NCBI RefSeq assembly: GCF_009914755.1
Contig: NC_060927.1
DNA from: the human T2T-CHM13v2.0 reference genome, Homo sapiens
Direction: 5' to 3' (one strand)
Length of the DNA stretch: 64,000 nt
Below the pieces are notes generated by a model. The model was not told where the DNA came from. It saw nothing but the letters and a program-made list of their open reading frames with translations, and made no database searches. Positions 1 to 18,217 of the stretch are shown piece after piece (the first letter of the stretch is position 1; each line of letters starts with the position of its first letter). The position numbers were made by a program, and so were the translations under genes.

Positions 1-1450
1 ATAAGGTATATGTTATAGTATTTTTTGAGTATTTTTGAAAAAAGAATGTGTAGTTGGCTGTTGTTGAGTGAAGTGTTGTATAAATGTAAACTTGGTCAAG
101 TTGGTTAATTGTATTATTCAAGTGCCGTCCATCATTATTTATTTCTGTCCAGTTATTCTATCAACTACTTAAAAAAGAGTTTGGAAATCTTGAAAAATTT
201 GCCTTTTCTATCTAATTTTCTTTATGTATTTTGAAACTTTCTTATTATGTATATATTTATTTAAGAATGTTACATCCTACTAATGAATTTTGTACTTTAT
301 CCTCATGAGATGAACTTTAGTAGCATTCCTTTTTATGAAATCTTTTTTTGATAATAATGCAGCTATTCCAACCTTCCCTTGATGAATGTTCACATGATAT
401 ATTTTTCACCCTTTTAAAGTCATATCTTTTTGTTTTTTATATTAATAGAGTGTTTTGTGGATTACTTTTTTTATATTTTGACAATATTTGTCTCTTAGTA
501 GAAGCATTTAAATTATATACATTTAAAGTAAACATTGATGTGAGTGGATTTAAAGCTACTATATTATGGTTTTGCTTTATTTTTGTAACATATTTTCATT
601 GTTTTTTCAATTCCTTATTTCTGCCTATTTTCTGGAGTAATTGAGTATTTAAAAAGTAATTGTAATTCATTTCCATTATTGATAGTTTGGTTATATTACA
701 TTATTTTATTTCATAGTGGTTGCCATAAGTTTATAGCTTCAAGTATGACAGTCTATTTTCAAATTCTATTGTGCCACTTTAAGTAGACAATAAGAATATT
801 AAACAGTATATATTTTCATTTCTACTCTTCTCATTTGCCTTATATGCTCATTTGTTGTCAAGTATTTTACTTCAATGTAAATTTTAAAATTACACATTGT
901 TACTTTTGTTTACAAGCTCCTTAATTTTAAAGACATTAAGATATGAGGAAATATCCACATATTTGCCATTCTCTATTTACTTTCAGTGGATTCAGATTTT
1001 CATCTGATATCGTTTTTTCTTCTGCCCAAAGAAAGTTAATAACAATTTTTATAGGACAGATCTGCTTTGACTTTTGAGATACATTTTTTTGAGTATAAAT
1101 TTCTAGGATGAAAGTCATTTTTTCTCACCTTTTCCCATTTGTTTTTTAAATGAGTACTTTCTGTGGAGAAGTCGGCTGTCATACTGATCTCTCCAACTTC
1201 TGTGTCTTTGATCTCTCTCTGCTGTTAAGATTTTTTTTTCTTTTTCAATGCTTTTCAAAAATTTGACTATGATGTGCATTGATGCGCTTTTCATTATATT
1301 TATTCTCATTGGGTTTACTGAATTTCTTTTATTTGTTAGTTCACAGTTTTCATCAAATCAGTGTATTCTTAGGCTAATATTTTTTCAAGTATTTTTTCTC
1401 CCATTTAATCCTTATTCTCATTGTTACCATGTTTTCAAGCACACTGATCT
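1..1450 (-). mobile_element. Ancient L1M LINE fragment (ORF1 to ORF2 endonuclease region), antisense
   Basis: T-rich strand with antisense L1 motifs: 'aagaatgtgtagttggctgttgttgagtgaagtgttgtataaatg' (EN region) and 'gagaagtcggctgtca...aatttgactatgatgtgc' (ORF1 region). Highly diverged. Confidence 0.75.
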
Positions 1451-1504
1451 TTTATTTCTGGTTTTTTATTTCTGGTATTTTTATTTCTGGTTTTCTAGTT
1501 ATTT

Positions 1505-6148
<4,644 letters not shown>

Positions 6149-6149
6149 A

Positions 6150-6810
6150 TTGTCTTTTTTCTATCTCCTTCTACTGAAGAGGTCCAGATGTAATGACATA
6201 TCATAGATACAAGAATACCAGTACCCAGAATTGTGCTCCAAATGCTGCTAACCACTAAAATGAACCAGAACTTCTTGGAGCAATGACTGATTTCATAAAT
6301 GAGACAGGAAAAGTTAAAAATAAGCCTAGAAATGTTGCTACACTGAAAAGAGGAAAAAAAGCTAAAATATTGATGAAGGTGTATCAAAATTTTATAGATG
6401 TCTATACAGCTTAGGTAGACAGTATTTGAACAATTTGAGTATCAAAAAAATGAGAGTTAAAGTTTTTATAAATTGTGTAGAAAGAAAAAGAATCCTTGAA
6501 ACTATAATTATTCATAAAATTGTAAAGAGATGAAAATGCTTTTTTTTAAACAGTTATTTTTGATTATTATGGAAAAAAACTAGATAAAATATTGAAGGAA
6601 CCATAGAATTAGAATATTATCAAATTGCAATTACTTTTATAATAATTATAATCCTCCAGGTAAGAAACATTAATGGATCATTTGGTGAAAATTAAGATGT
6701 GTGTTTGTGTGAATTTACGGAAAAGTAATTAATTACAAAGGAAAAATCAATGCTAGTATAAAATGGAAAACAATATGATGAAATCATCTTAACTGATCAG
6801 ATTTAAGATC
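6150..6810 (+). mobile_element. L1MC4/5-like 3' UTR fragment
   Basis: 'aaatgaaccagaacttcttggagcaatgactgatttc...ggaaaagttaaaaataagcctagaaatg' resembles the L1MC 3' UTR consensus as I recall it. Confidence 0.6.
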
Positions 6811-7139
6811 AAAGAGCTTAACTCCAAGGAACCACTTGGAAAGCAACAGCTGTAATGGTAAAATATCTGACCAGAGAATTAGCAGCTTTTCAGTCTTAGA
6901 AAGTCAGAATTTGATACTTAAGTTCTGTGTAGTTGGCACATCTTGGCAAGCACTTCGGGAACTCCAGTGAAATAAGGGCAGGCCAATGTTTCAGGAGTAA
7001 GGGCCTTTCTCACAATGTAGAGCTACATTGTAGGTATAATACAGCAAATATAGATTTACCCTAATAAATTCTGAAACAAAGCCTTCACAGTGTAAAGGAA
7101 ATTCACCAAGAATTTAACTTCCAGGTAGAAAAATTCTAC

Positions 7140-7562
7140 ACTCTTAAGATGAAGATAAAATCAAAACTTCCTACAACATATTATCTATAATATTTGGCAT
7201 ATAATTAAAACTTACTAGATATATGAGGAAGCAGAAAAACGTAATCCACATCAAAGAAGAAAACAAATGAATAGAAAAAGATACTCAGATACCATGTTTG
7301 TTGAAATTGATAGACAAAGACATCAACATAACCATGATTAAAATATGCTAAATAATGTATCAGTAAATGAACATTATAGTGAAGACATATGGAATTTCAG
7401 GAGAGAGATTAAATATCTTTAAAAACTACCAAACAAATCTTAAAACTAAAAAGGAAAAATATTTAAAATAAAATTATTAAATGGGATTGATGGCAGGGCA
7501 TCTCGGAGAAAATCTGTATTCTTAGAGACTAGTTAACAGAAATTGTTTAATCTGAAGTACCA
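7140..7562 (+). mobile_element. Ancient L1M ORF1 5' part (continues at 11750)
   Basis: 'aaacttactagatatatgaggaagcagaaaaacgtaatcc...gaaattgatagacaaagacatcaac' is typical of an old L1 ORF1 start. Interrupted by the ERVL provirus. Confidence 0.65.
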
Positions 7563-8074
7563 CGTGATGGTTAATTTAAGTATCAACTTGGCTGGACTTG
7601 GGGATACCTAAGTAGCTGGTAAAGCATTATTTCTGGGTGTGTCTATGACCATGTTACCAGAGGAATCTAGCGTTTGTGTTGGTGGACCAAGCGGAGAAGT
7701 TCCGCCCCTAATGAAGGTAGGCACAACCCAATTGACTGAGAGCCTGGATGGAACGCAAAGTCAGAAGGAAGGTGAATTTTCTCTCTCTGTCTTCTGGAAC
7801 TAGGCCACCCTTCTCCTGCCCTTGTACATCAGAACTCCAGGATTTCTGGCCTTTGAACTCTGAGACTTGCATCAGCAACACCCAGGATTCTCAGGCCTTG
7901 GGCTTTGGAATGAGAGTTATACCATCAGTTCCACTGGTTCTGAGGCCTTCGAACTAAGACCAAGCCACACTACTGGCCTCATTTTTTTTCCAGCTTGCAG
8001 ACAGCTTATCATAGGACTTCCCAGCCTTTGTAATTATGTGATCTAATTTTCCTAATAAGCCCTCTCTTTATCTG

Positions 8075-8130
<56 letters not shown>

Positions 8131-8162
8131 ATTCGTCTGTCTCTCTGGAGAACCCTAATATA
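7563..8162 (+). mobile_element. MLT2 (MLT2B-like) 5' LTR of an ERVL provirus
   Basis: Starts '(c)gtgatggttaattt...tcaacttggctgg', ends 'gtctctctggagaaccctaata', and is followed directly by the ERVL internal start 'ttttgataccagaagtggttctaga'. Confidence 0.92.
8071..8129. repeat. Tetranucleotide STR TCTG(TCTA)13
   Basis: 13 uninterrupted TCTA units at 8075-8126, counted directly. Confidence 0.97.
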
Positions 8163-11100
8163 AATTTTGATACCAGAAGTGGTTCTAGAAGAACGTAATT
8201 TTAAGAGTGAGTTTTTGCAATTCATTTTGATGTTTCTTGAGTTTATTTTCTAATCTTCTTAGACTTTAAAATGCAAAAAAATCTACTTCCAATGGTACTG
8301 ATAATCTGTGGCATGCCTGTTAATAGAAATACACAAAATACCTGCATTGGATACCTAAAAACCACTTGTAAATGGCAAGGAATTTGATGACTCTGTAAAT
8401 GGAACTTTCAAACATTTATGAAAAACTAAGGAATATGATGATTTTAGTTGTTTCTAATGTCCTTCCACAAAGTGATGGAAAAAAAGGGCAGCTCAGATAA
8501 TCGAATTTCCCATCACATCAATAGCCTAAAGGCTTCTATGTGTGTCCTAAGAGAGAATCTCTTTTCCTGTAGCCACAGGGTCAAAATAAGCCCTAATCAT
8601 GCAATTGGCAGAATTACAATGAAAATTAAGCTCTTAGCCTAGCAAGTGTCTACTATTCAAGACAGGGCATTGTTTGGAAAAAAAAGTGGTATCTTATAAG
8701 TTGGAATGAGGAGATGTGAAAACACCCTGATGAAGCTCGGAACATTAAACTCCTAAATACTGATGGCTTTTTTTTTTTTTTTTTTTTAACCAGTGAAAGT
8801 GGCCTCCGTACCCACAGCGGGAATAACTTCCACATACACAATGATATCAGCCTTTCAACATCTGTCTTTTGGGATTATACCTATATTGCCTGAGGAAATA
8901 GTAAGGGCCTCCCCTAAGGCAGTTGTCAAGAAAGATAATGCTGATTTTCCTCAGGACCCACTCACATCCCTGTTTGCTTCTCTACCTATAACTAGATTCA
9001 AGTCCCAGCAGATTCCTAAAAGTGAAATACAAAGTGTGACTTATGAAGAAGTGCATAACACTTGAAAATAAACACTTGAGTTTTCTAATTTATGCAAGCA
9101 GAAATATGGGGAACTGGCTAAAACATGGATGAAAAAATGACCTACTATGAGCAAGGTGAAGATACACAATCTCCTTTGATTTAACATAGAGAAAGAGATT
9201 TAAAAGGCCTAGGGAGATTGGAATGAAAGAATAAACTTTTAACTTAAAACCTAGTTACCCACCCTGGGAAGCTCCAAAAGGCATACTTTTCACCAATACT
9301 TAAAAAATTAGATTTCTGAGGGGAACCCCAGAACTCTATGATTGCTATTCTCCTTAGGCCAGAGTTACAGTGAGAACTGAAGTCACTCAATTGGAAAACT
9401 TAAATGCAATGTGAATAATTGTATACCAGGGTGTCAGCAACCAAGTGGCAGCCTGCCAAATGCAAGGTGGGCATAGTTAGCATAATGAACAGCAGAGGCA
9501 AAGCCACAATTAGAAAAGATTGACTCATAGACTTCTGGCATTGGCAAGTTACTCACAGTGCTCCTAAATAGTGAAATAGATAGAAAACCCATTAAATCCT
9601 TACCTGATCTGTGTAAGCAGCAACCTTTAAGTCAAATGAACAAAAGTCTAACTCAAATCATAAAAATGAAGAATCATAGCCCCTCAAACAATCTCCTGAC
9701 TTGAGCAAGTTTTCCAAGCCACAATCTCTTAAATGAAGAAGAGGGTGAGTCCCCTAGAGGAAGAAATTTTTGATAGTACACAAGTCAGAATAGGGGACTA
9801 TAAAGGGCAGGTGATCGATGGAGTTTTAGCCCAGGTATGACTCACTGTGTGTACAATGTTTATTTAACTAATTTCAAAATGCATAATTGTGATAGACCTA
9901 CTAAGCAGCTGTCAGTGGTCCTACAATTGTTCCCTAACCTGTGGGATGAGGGTTATTATGTTGTGAAAAGCCAAATAGAAGCCATTAGAGCTTCCGCTAC
10001 CTAGTAAAATAGTAAATCAAAAGCAATACTGCATTCCTGGAAAGATTGCAGAGATTAGCGCTACCATCAAGAACTTGAAAGGTGCAGGGGTTGGGATTTC
10101 CACCACTTCTCCATTCCATCTCCTATTTGGCTTGTGCCAAAGACAGATGGATTTTGAAGAATGGCATGATTATCAAGAGTTTAACCAAGTAATGACTCTA
10201 ATTGCAGCTCTGTACCAGTTGTGGTTTCATTGCTTGAGCAAATTAACATATCTCTTGGTACCTGGAATGCAATTATTGGTCTGGCAAATGTTTTTTTTTT
10301 GTTTGTTTTTTTGTTTGTTTTTTCCTCCATACCTGTCTGTAAGGTCCACCAGAAGCAGTTTTCTTTCATCTGGCATGGCCAGCAATACCCCTCCACTGTC
10401 CTCCCCCAGAGGTATATTACCTCTCCAGCCCTATTATAATTTAGTTAACAGGGATCTTGATCATTTTTTCCCTTCCACAGGATTTCACACTAGTTCATTA
10501 CATTGATGCCGTCAGGCTGATTGAACAAAATGAGCAAAAAGTAACAATCACTATGGACTTTAACTAGTAATACATTTGCATGTCAGAGGCTGGGAAAAAA
10601 ATCTGACTAAAATTCAGGGGCTATCAATTTCACTGAAATTTCTAGGAGTTCAGTGGTGTGGGGCATGCAACCTGAGAAGGTATATATATTCTAAGGTGAA
10701 GGTTAAGTTGTTACATTTGGCCCCTTCTACAACCAAGTAAGAGGCATCTGCCTAGTGGGCCTATTTGGATTTTGGAGGCAACACATTTCTCCTTTGTGTG
10801 TGTTGCTCTGGCCCCTTTACTGACTGAGCAGAAGAACTGCCAGTTTTGGCTAGAGTACAGAACAGAAGAGGGCTCTGCAACAGGTCCAGGTTGCTGTGCA
10901 AGCTGCTCTGCCATTTGGGCCATGTGATCCAGCAGAATCAGTGATGTTTTAAGTATCACTGGCAGATAAGGATGCCGTTTGGACCCTTTAGCAAGTCTCT
11001 ATAGATAAATTGCAGGACAGGCCTCTAGGATTTTGGAGCAAGGCCCTCATTATTTGCCGGTAACTACTCTCCTTTTGAGAGGCAGGGCCTCAGTAGAAAC

Positions 11101-11695
11101 TAAACGCTTAACCACGGACCACCAGGTTACCAGGCAACCTGAGTTGCCTGTCATAAACTGAGTGTTATGTGACTCACCAAGCCATAAACTTGGGTGTGCA
11201 CAGTATCATTTAATCATCAAATATAAATGGCATATATGTGATTGGGTCTGAGCAGGTCCTGAAGATACAAGTAAGTTATATGAAGAAATGGCCTAAATGC
11301 CAATGGTTCCTACCCAAACTACACTACCTTCTCTCCCAGCCTGCACCTAGGCCTTATAGAGAGTATCCTATGATCAGATGACAGAGGAAGGAAAGACTAA
11401 GGCTTAGTTTATGCATGGTTCTTTACAATGTTCAGGCACCACCCAAAAATGGACAGCTGCAGCACTACAGCCTCTTTCTGGGACCTCTCTGAAGGACAAT
11501 GGTGAAAGAGAATCTTTTCAGTGGATGGGAGGTCTTTGGGCAGTGCCCCTGGCTGTGTACCTTGCTTGGAAGGAAGCATGGCCAGATATGTGATTATATA
11601 CCAATTCATGGGTTGTAACCAATGGTTTGGCTAGATCATCAGGAATTTGGAACAAACATAATTAGAAAATTGTTGACAAAGAAATTTGAGAAGAA
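8163..11695 (+). mobile_element. ERVL (HERVL/ERVL-B4-like) internal region: decayed gag and pol (RT, RNase H)
   Basis: gag relic in ORF 8793-9065 (PILPEE...SPKAVVKKDNADFPQDP...ITRFKSQQ). RT motifs QKQFSFIWHGQQY-TVLPQRYITSPAL and LVHYIDA at 10490 (YIDD mutated). RNase H 'GSLQCSGTTQKWTAAALQPLSGTSLKD'. Confidence 0.92.
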
Positions 11696-11749
11696 CTCTC
11701 TCTCTTTACCTTACTGGTTTAGTCTTTCTGGAGAGCCTTGATCAATAAA
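11696..11749 (+). mobile_element. Terminal ~50 bp of the MLT2 3' LTR
   Basis: 'tctctctctttaccttactggtttagtctttctggagagccttgatcaataaa' matches the LTR end (cctattggttctgtctctctggagaaccctgactaataca). Confidence 0.75.
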
Positions 11750-12006
11750 CACAAATAGAAAAATTGAAAGAAATGTACAGAGCCCGAATGAGTTAGAGGA
11801 TAATAACAAGAAGCCTAAAGTACATGATTTCCGAAAAGGAGGGGAGAAAATGGGGAAAATATTAACACTGGCTAAAATTTTCAAAAATTTTTAAAAACGT
11901 TTACTCACACATTTAAGAAGAAAGAAAACTCAATTAAATAAATAAAATAAAAACCATGTGAGGGTCACTACATAGTCAAACTACTAGTAATAAGACATAA
12001 AGAAAG
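11750..12006 (+). mobile_element. Ancient L1M ORF1 continuation
   Basis: 'aaagaaatgtacagagcc...ggctaaaattttcaaaa...catagtcaaactact' is collinear with L1 ORF1 and resumes after the provirus. Confidence 0.6.
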
Positions 12007-12408
12007 TTGCATGGGGTTCACTATTTACCATTTTTGGGGGAGTATCACAGGAAGAGCAGTTACACCACTTTTGACTGTATGTGTAGCAGGTCACAACCTA
12101 CTCTTGTGTGTTTAGATGTGTATGGAATACCTGTGTATGCTAGTGAAAGCTGTTTACTGTAAAAAAAGGGAAAACAAGATTACTTACATCTGGGCCCTCT
12201 ACTGATCACTAAAGAAGTTCCTGTCACCTGCTCTCTCCGCTGCTTGCATCTGTCTACTTGGCTAACTTTTAACATGTGTTTTTTTAGGTTACGTAAATTC
12301 TTAACTGGCTTGTCTCGTTGAGATTGTATGCATCATTATATGTGACATTATTGTAACTACTGTGTGATCAGTACAATTTCTATAAGAAATACTGCTTTAA
12401 AAATATAA

Positions 12409-12864
<456 letters not shown>

Positions 12865-12946
12865 TAATGAATTAAATTGAATAAAGGCACAATTAAAAAC
12901 TGTCAAAAAAAACTGTCAAAAAATAAAACAAATAAAAATTGTCAAA

Positions 12947-14190
12947 TAGAAGAAAGCATCTTAAAGGAGCCAGTAAAAAACAAGTAAGATAATGCATGCA
13001 GTGAAAAAACAATAAACATTTCTCACCAGAAGTAATGAAAGGCAGAAAGCAATGAAATGATATATTAAAAGTACTTTCAAAAATGAGAAACAAACCCATC
13101 TACCTTGAATATTTTAATAGTAAAAGTATCCTTCGAAATGAAGGTGACATAGAAAAACTTTAGATTAAAAAGCCCACAAGAATATGTTACTAACTGACCA
13201 GCAATCTAAGAGCCACTACAGGAAGTTAATCAGGTTGAAGAAAGTGAGACTGAAAACAATTCTGACCTATAAAGGTCTTGCATTTTCTGTGAAGTGGTAG
13301 GTATTAATTCAAGATAGATTAAAAGTTAAGGAAGCATATTATAATTTCTAAAATAAACATGATAAGACTAACTGAAAGAGTTAATAAAATTCCATTTAGG
13401 AGGTAAAATGGAACGATAAAAATAGTCTATTATTTTAAAATAAAGCAAAATAAGGAGGAAAAATGAGACAAAGTACAGAGATAAAAAATAGAAGACAAAT
13501 AACAAGAGAGTCCAATTAAACTCAAACATATCGACAATTATGTTATTATAAGTAGAATTTATTGATCCAATTAGGAGTCAGAGATTCTCAAATTGAATAA
13601 ATAAGGCAAACTCATTTAAAGGCAGTTTACAAGAGATGCATTTTAACTTTGCAAATACAGGAAAGTTGAAAGTAAAAACATGAGAAAAGACATATTATGT
13701 GAATACAGAGCGTAATAAAGCTGATATTGCTGTGCTAATACCAGACAAAGAACGTTTCAAGACATGGGTTATTATCAGATATTAGGACCGTCTTAATGAT
13801 ATAAGTCCATTTAACAAAAGGGTCTAAAAATATTAAATTTCATATGTACTGAGTAACAGAGCTTCAACAAAACATGAAGCAATAACAGGCAGAACTAAAA
13901 GGGAAAACTAAATAAATCCACAATTGTTGTTTGAGGAACACACTATACACTATACAATTTTATTTACATAATTTCCTAGAACATCAAATATTTATTTAAT
14001 CTGGGGGAAATCCCAATAGTGGTTGCTCTTGATAGGGCTTTGACTCTAAAGGGACAAATAATATTTTCTCAGGGTAATGCAAATTTTGTTTGGTTTTGAT
14101 TGGGATGGTGGTTTTGCAGGTCTACAAATTTGTCAAGCACCTCAGGCTATACATTTATCTGTGCGTTTTATAGCATGAAAATTCTATCTC
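12947..14190 (+). mobile_element. Ancient L1M: ORF1 3' part, ORF2 endonuclease start, then a 3'-end fragment
   Basis: 'catttctcaccagaagtaatgaaaggcagaaagcaatgaaatgatatatt' (ORF1), 'ttacaagagatgcattttaac...gttgaaagtaaaa' (EN), and 'ttacatttatctgtgcgttttatagcatgaaaattctatctcaa'-type 3' end near 14150. Confidence 0.7.
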
Positions 14191-14453
14191 AACTAAACCT
14201 CAAATCACTACCCAGTGTTCTATATAATACCATTTTGTCACTCACCACATCCAATATTGGATTATCTATATATTTGTATGTATTATTTCTTCTGTTGAAA
14301 TTTTAGAATCCTGCCTGAGTTACTTCTTTACTTTTACAATTCTGCAGTGCCTTGCCTGATTTAGAGAATAAGTATCAATTAAGCAAATAAAAATAAACTA
14401 TAAATATTAAATTAAACATTTGCAATATCATCAACTTTATTTTGTGTTTTAGA

Positions 14454-14647
14454 GTGAGGTTGGCAAACACTGGTCTAGGGGCTAAACTCAGCCCACTGAC
14501 TGTTTTTGGATGACCCACAAGCTGAGTGTGGTTTTTTACATTTAAAATTATTGTGAAAAAAATCAAAAGAGGAAAATATTGTATGATGTGAAAAATTATA
14601 TGAAATTCCTACTTACGTCTATAAATAGTATTTTATTAGAACACAGT
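14454..14647 (+). mobile_element. MER58B hAT-Charlie DNA transposon, 5' portion
   Basis: 'ggttggcaaacactggtctaggggctaaactcagcccactgactgttttt...aaaatcaaaagagg...ttttattagaacacag'. Confidence 0.75.
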
Positions 14648-15737
14648 ATAGTTGAAAATAAGCGGATGAAAGAAGTTATACTATACCAACTCTGAGCATG
14701 ATAAGGCTGATATGGTTATACCAGTATCACATAAATATAGGGAAGTTATAAAGGTAAAAGTTGAAAGTTCTGCTGACAGTGGTAGGATAGAGCCTAGGAA
14801 TCTGGATGGTAGCAAGCCCTCAGATCCTCTGTAAGTAAAGAAGAAAAGAAACTGCTCTAGAGTAATTGGAATAACAAAATAATTCTTAATTATGAGCCAT
14901 AGATATAAACATCTATTTCATAAAATACAGTGATCAATGGTGGGAGGATCACACATGGAATTAGTAGGAGGAATATAAGTGATCATTCAGGCTACAGGAG
15001 TTGATAGAATTTGGAAGGCTCTGAGATAAGGAGATACCTGGTTTCTGCCTACAAGATTTCAGCAGCTCTGCAAAGATGAGATTTATAAATACTTTATAAA
15101 TTAAAGAAATTAACTACAGCATTACTAACTGAAAGTGCCACCTACACTACTTGCACAGTTTTCTATTAATAGTGCTTGACGTATGAGCTGCCAAGGCCTT
15201 GGAATAAATTATTATGGGATGAGAGCTTGCAGAGATAAATTATTGCCTCTTCTACGCACATTACTTGTAGCAAGAAAATGCCATATTTGGAGTCAATCTT
15301 TTGTAGAGTCCAAATCTATGTACAGTTACAAAGACATAAGAGCTCAGATGTACAGCCTTATTAATGTTTTATAGAAACAGGGTGGAGAAGATAAAATGGA
15401 TAATAATTTAAATGAGGAAGAGATGGTCCTTCTGTACTTCTTGCTTCTTTTTTGAGCTCACATCTACTTCTAAAAGTACAAGCAGGTATTCCTTGCTTTA
15501 AAAGAAAGTAATTATTCTATGGCATTATTTATTAAGAAGGGAATACATTTAGTATTAATTACATGAAAGATTATTGTTGAAATATGTTGAGGTCCACATT
15601 TAATAAATTCGGATATATTTCTGCAATGTAGGGTAAACGGAGGTTTAAGATCAGGATTATCTAGCAATAATTAATGTAATGATTATAACCCAAACTGGCA
15701 AATAACAAACCCACTGGGAATTGCTTAATCAAAAGGA

Positions 15738-16056
15738 TTTCTTTCTTTCTTTTTTTTTTTTTTTTTTTTGAGACAGACTATCACTCTGTTGCCCAGGCTG
15801 GAGTGCAGTGGCCCCATCTTGGCTCGCTGCAACCTCCACCTCCCACATTGAAGTGATTCTCCTGCCTCAGTCTCCTGCATAGTTCTAATTAAAGGGGTGT
15901 GCCATCGTGTCTGGCTAATTTTTTTTACTTTTTTTTAGTAGAGATGGGGTTTCACCATGTTGGCCAGGGTAGTCTCGGACTCCTGGCCTCAAGTAATCTG
16001 CCTGCCTCAGCCTCTGAAAGTGCTGGGATTACAGATGTGAGCCACCACTCCTGGCC
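15738..16056 (-). mobile_element. Alu SINE (AluSz/Sx-like)
   Basis: Full antisense dimer with T tail, flanked by aaaagga on both sides. Confidence 0.95.
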
Positions 16057-16521
16057 TAAAAGGACAATTTATGACTAGAGTAGAAAATAAGGGTAATTCA
16101 TAGTTCATGAGGGCCTCATGTGGCCAGGACTCAGGAAAATAAGTGGAACTGCCGATATGATTGTCATCAGTGTTTTCTCTCCAATTATTACCTGGGCCTG
16201 TTCAGTCTTACTGATGACCAGCTTCCTCTGGGAGATGATAAAAGCTGCCTTTTGCTTTCAAGTTCAGACTCCTTTATTGTAGAGGGGTGTCATAATAGAG
16301 ATTAAATGTCTAGAATCCTTGCTCAGGAACTATTTGGCCTATACCATCCCTAGTCTAACCTCAACAGGTTTCACATCCCTTCTACTGTGTCCAGATGGAG
16401 AGGTCTTACTGTTCTAATTTGACAGGAACTCAACTCACCATTTAAACCAGAACAAATTCGCAAAGCATTAGCTGTCTAAATAAGGTTCCTTCATCCATAA
16501 ACTAAGAGTATTTGATGGCCC

Positions 16522-17307
16522 TGTGTGAAATAATAATATATATACATACATATTGGTCTCTGCCCCCAGTCCTTGGCACAGAGCTCCTAAAACTAAAAAT
16601 TTTCTGAATGATAGACGTGCTAAGCAGGATCATTTTATCTAATGTTTGGTCTTTAACCCCCCAAATTCCTGCACAGAGCTTCTGAGTCCCTTGGAATTTC
16701 CTGGATAATAAGAGCATATCTTCTTCAAATGAAGCAAATCTTGGTGGGCTCTTGGATGGGGGTTTGTTACCAGAAAGACCAAGCCATGATGAGAAGCTTG
16801 GAGCTCCCCATTCTCTGGAGAGGGGAGAATGACTAGAAAAGTAGTTAATAATCAATCATGCCTATGTGATGAAGCCTCAAAAAAATCTTTGAAACATGGT
16901 GTTCAGAGAGTTTCTAGGTTGACAAAGACATCTGCATGACAGAAGAGTGACTCACCCCAATCACATGGGAACAGAAGCTCCTGTGTTTGGGACCCTTTCA
17001 TACTGTACCCTATGTATTTCTTCATCTGACTATTCATCTGTAGCCTTTATTATATCCTTCTTTATTAAACTAGTAAACATTTCACTGAGTTCTGGAAGCC
17101 ATCATGCCAAATCAGTCAAACTCAAGAAGATAGTTTTGAGAACTCCAATTTATAGCTGATAGGTCAAAAGTATAGGTGACAAATATCTCCATGTCAGAAC
17201 TGAATTATAGGACACATAGCTGGTGTCTGCTGGAGACTCTGCTGTCAGAAGCATTGTGCTGAGTGGTGTGTGATAACAAGAAAAGTACTTTGCTCTTTAT
17301 CTCTATA
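16522..17307 (+). mobile_element. MER21 (MER21A/B-like) solo LTR
   Basis: Duplicated 'cacagagctcctaaaac / cacagagcttctgagtcccttggaatttcctgg' 5' blocks, 'ccagaaagaccaagccatgat', 'aatcaatcatgcctatgtgatgaagcctc', 'ggacacatagctggtgtctgctggaga'. Confidence 0.85.
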
Positions 17308-18217
17308 ACCCCTAGTTATGACTTTATAGTATTCTTTAGCAGAAAAAAAAATTATGCATGTTTACTGAATACTTGTAATTTTTTGGTGCTAATCATATGA
17401 ACTTCACTTCAATATTTAGAAAATGTCTTTCTTTATGGTTCTTGTTGGGACGCTAAACTCCTTCATGCACTATAGAAGTTAAAAAATCGCTAAATTCTTA
17501 CAGTTAGAGTTTCCATACTACATATAATGTAGGTGGACCAATAAGGAGAATCCACCAAGGACTGTGCATCACAATGTAGAGTTATGAATAGAAACAGAGT
17601 AAACTCATTTTGGTGGTGGGCCATGGTAGCTAGCTGCTTCAGAATGAACTTATTCCAGCTAATGATGGCATCTGTGGCAGTATTCAGTATCTGTTATACT
17701 GTGTCTTCCCTGACCAGGTTTAATCATCCTAGTTATTACCATGGTTTTGGCTTCCACTTGTGTCAAAGCCTGACTCTTCTACCTTCCTAGTACCATCTTT
17801 TCAATGCCCTTCAATGGAAACATGTAAACTCAAAACATTTTTAGTAAATTTCTTTGCTGCTTAGGCGGAAAAGATTTTGATCCATTTGCATTGGTTTCTT
17901 TTGCTTACATATTAGAATTCTAGATATATATTGAGAAAGTGCTCATAAAATGTCATTTATTAATGTTGATTGTATGCCTTTTATTTATAGCCCTCAATCC
18001 ACCAAACTAGAAAGACATTGAGAAAATAACAAGAAGATGATCTTAAGTCCATATTAAACTAACATCTAGATGCGTTTGTCAGGATTCGTTGAAAACAGCA
18101 CTAAAGATTTATGCATTTAACTTGATGTGCAGTTTACCTCAAAAACAACAATGACAAAATCACTGAAAATAAATATTGAACTCTAGTTAATAATATGCAT
18201 GTTGAAGTATGTGTAAA

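Noticed and set aside
1450-1495. Three copies of ttttatttctggt at the junction of two L1s
   Set aside because: A short slippage repeat in T-rich DNA with no sign of function.
7724-7734. DUX4 site at the usual MLT2 position (embryonic genome activation promoter)
   Set aside because: The sequence is CAACCCAATTG, several mismatches from the TAAYYYAATCA consensus.
10221-10530. Reverse transcriptase motifs, as an active or novel retro-system
   Set aside because: This is ordinary ERVL pol with frameshifts, a T-rich expansion and a mutated catalytic motif (YIDA).
14760-14862. Possible MER5 fragment
   Set aside because: Too short and diverged to call by eye.
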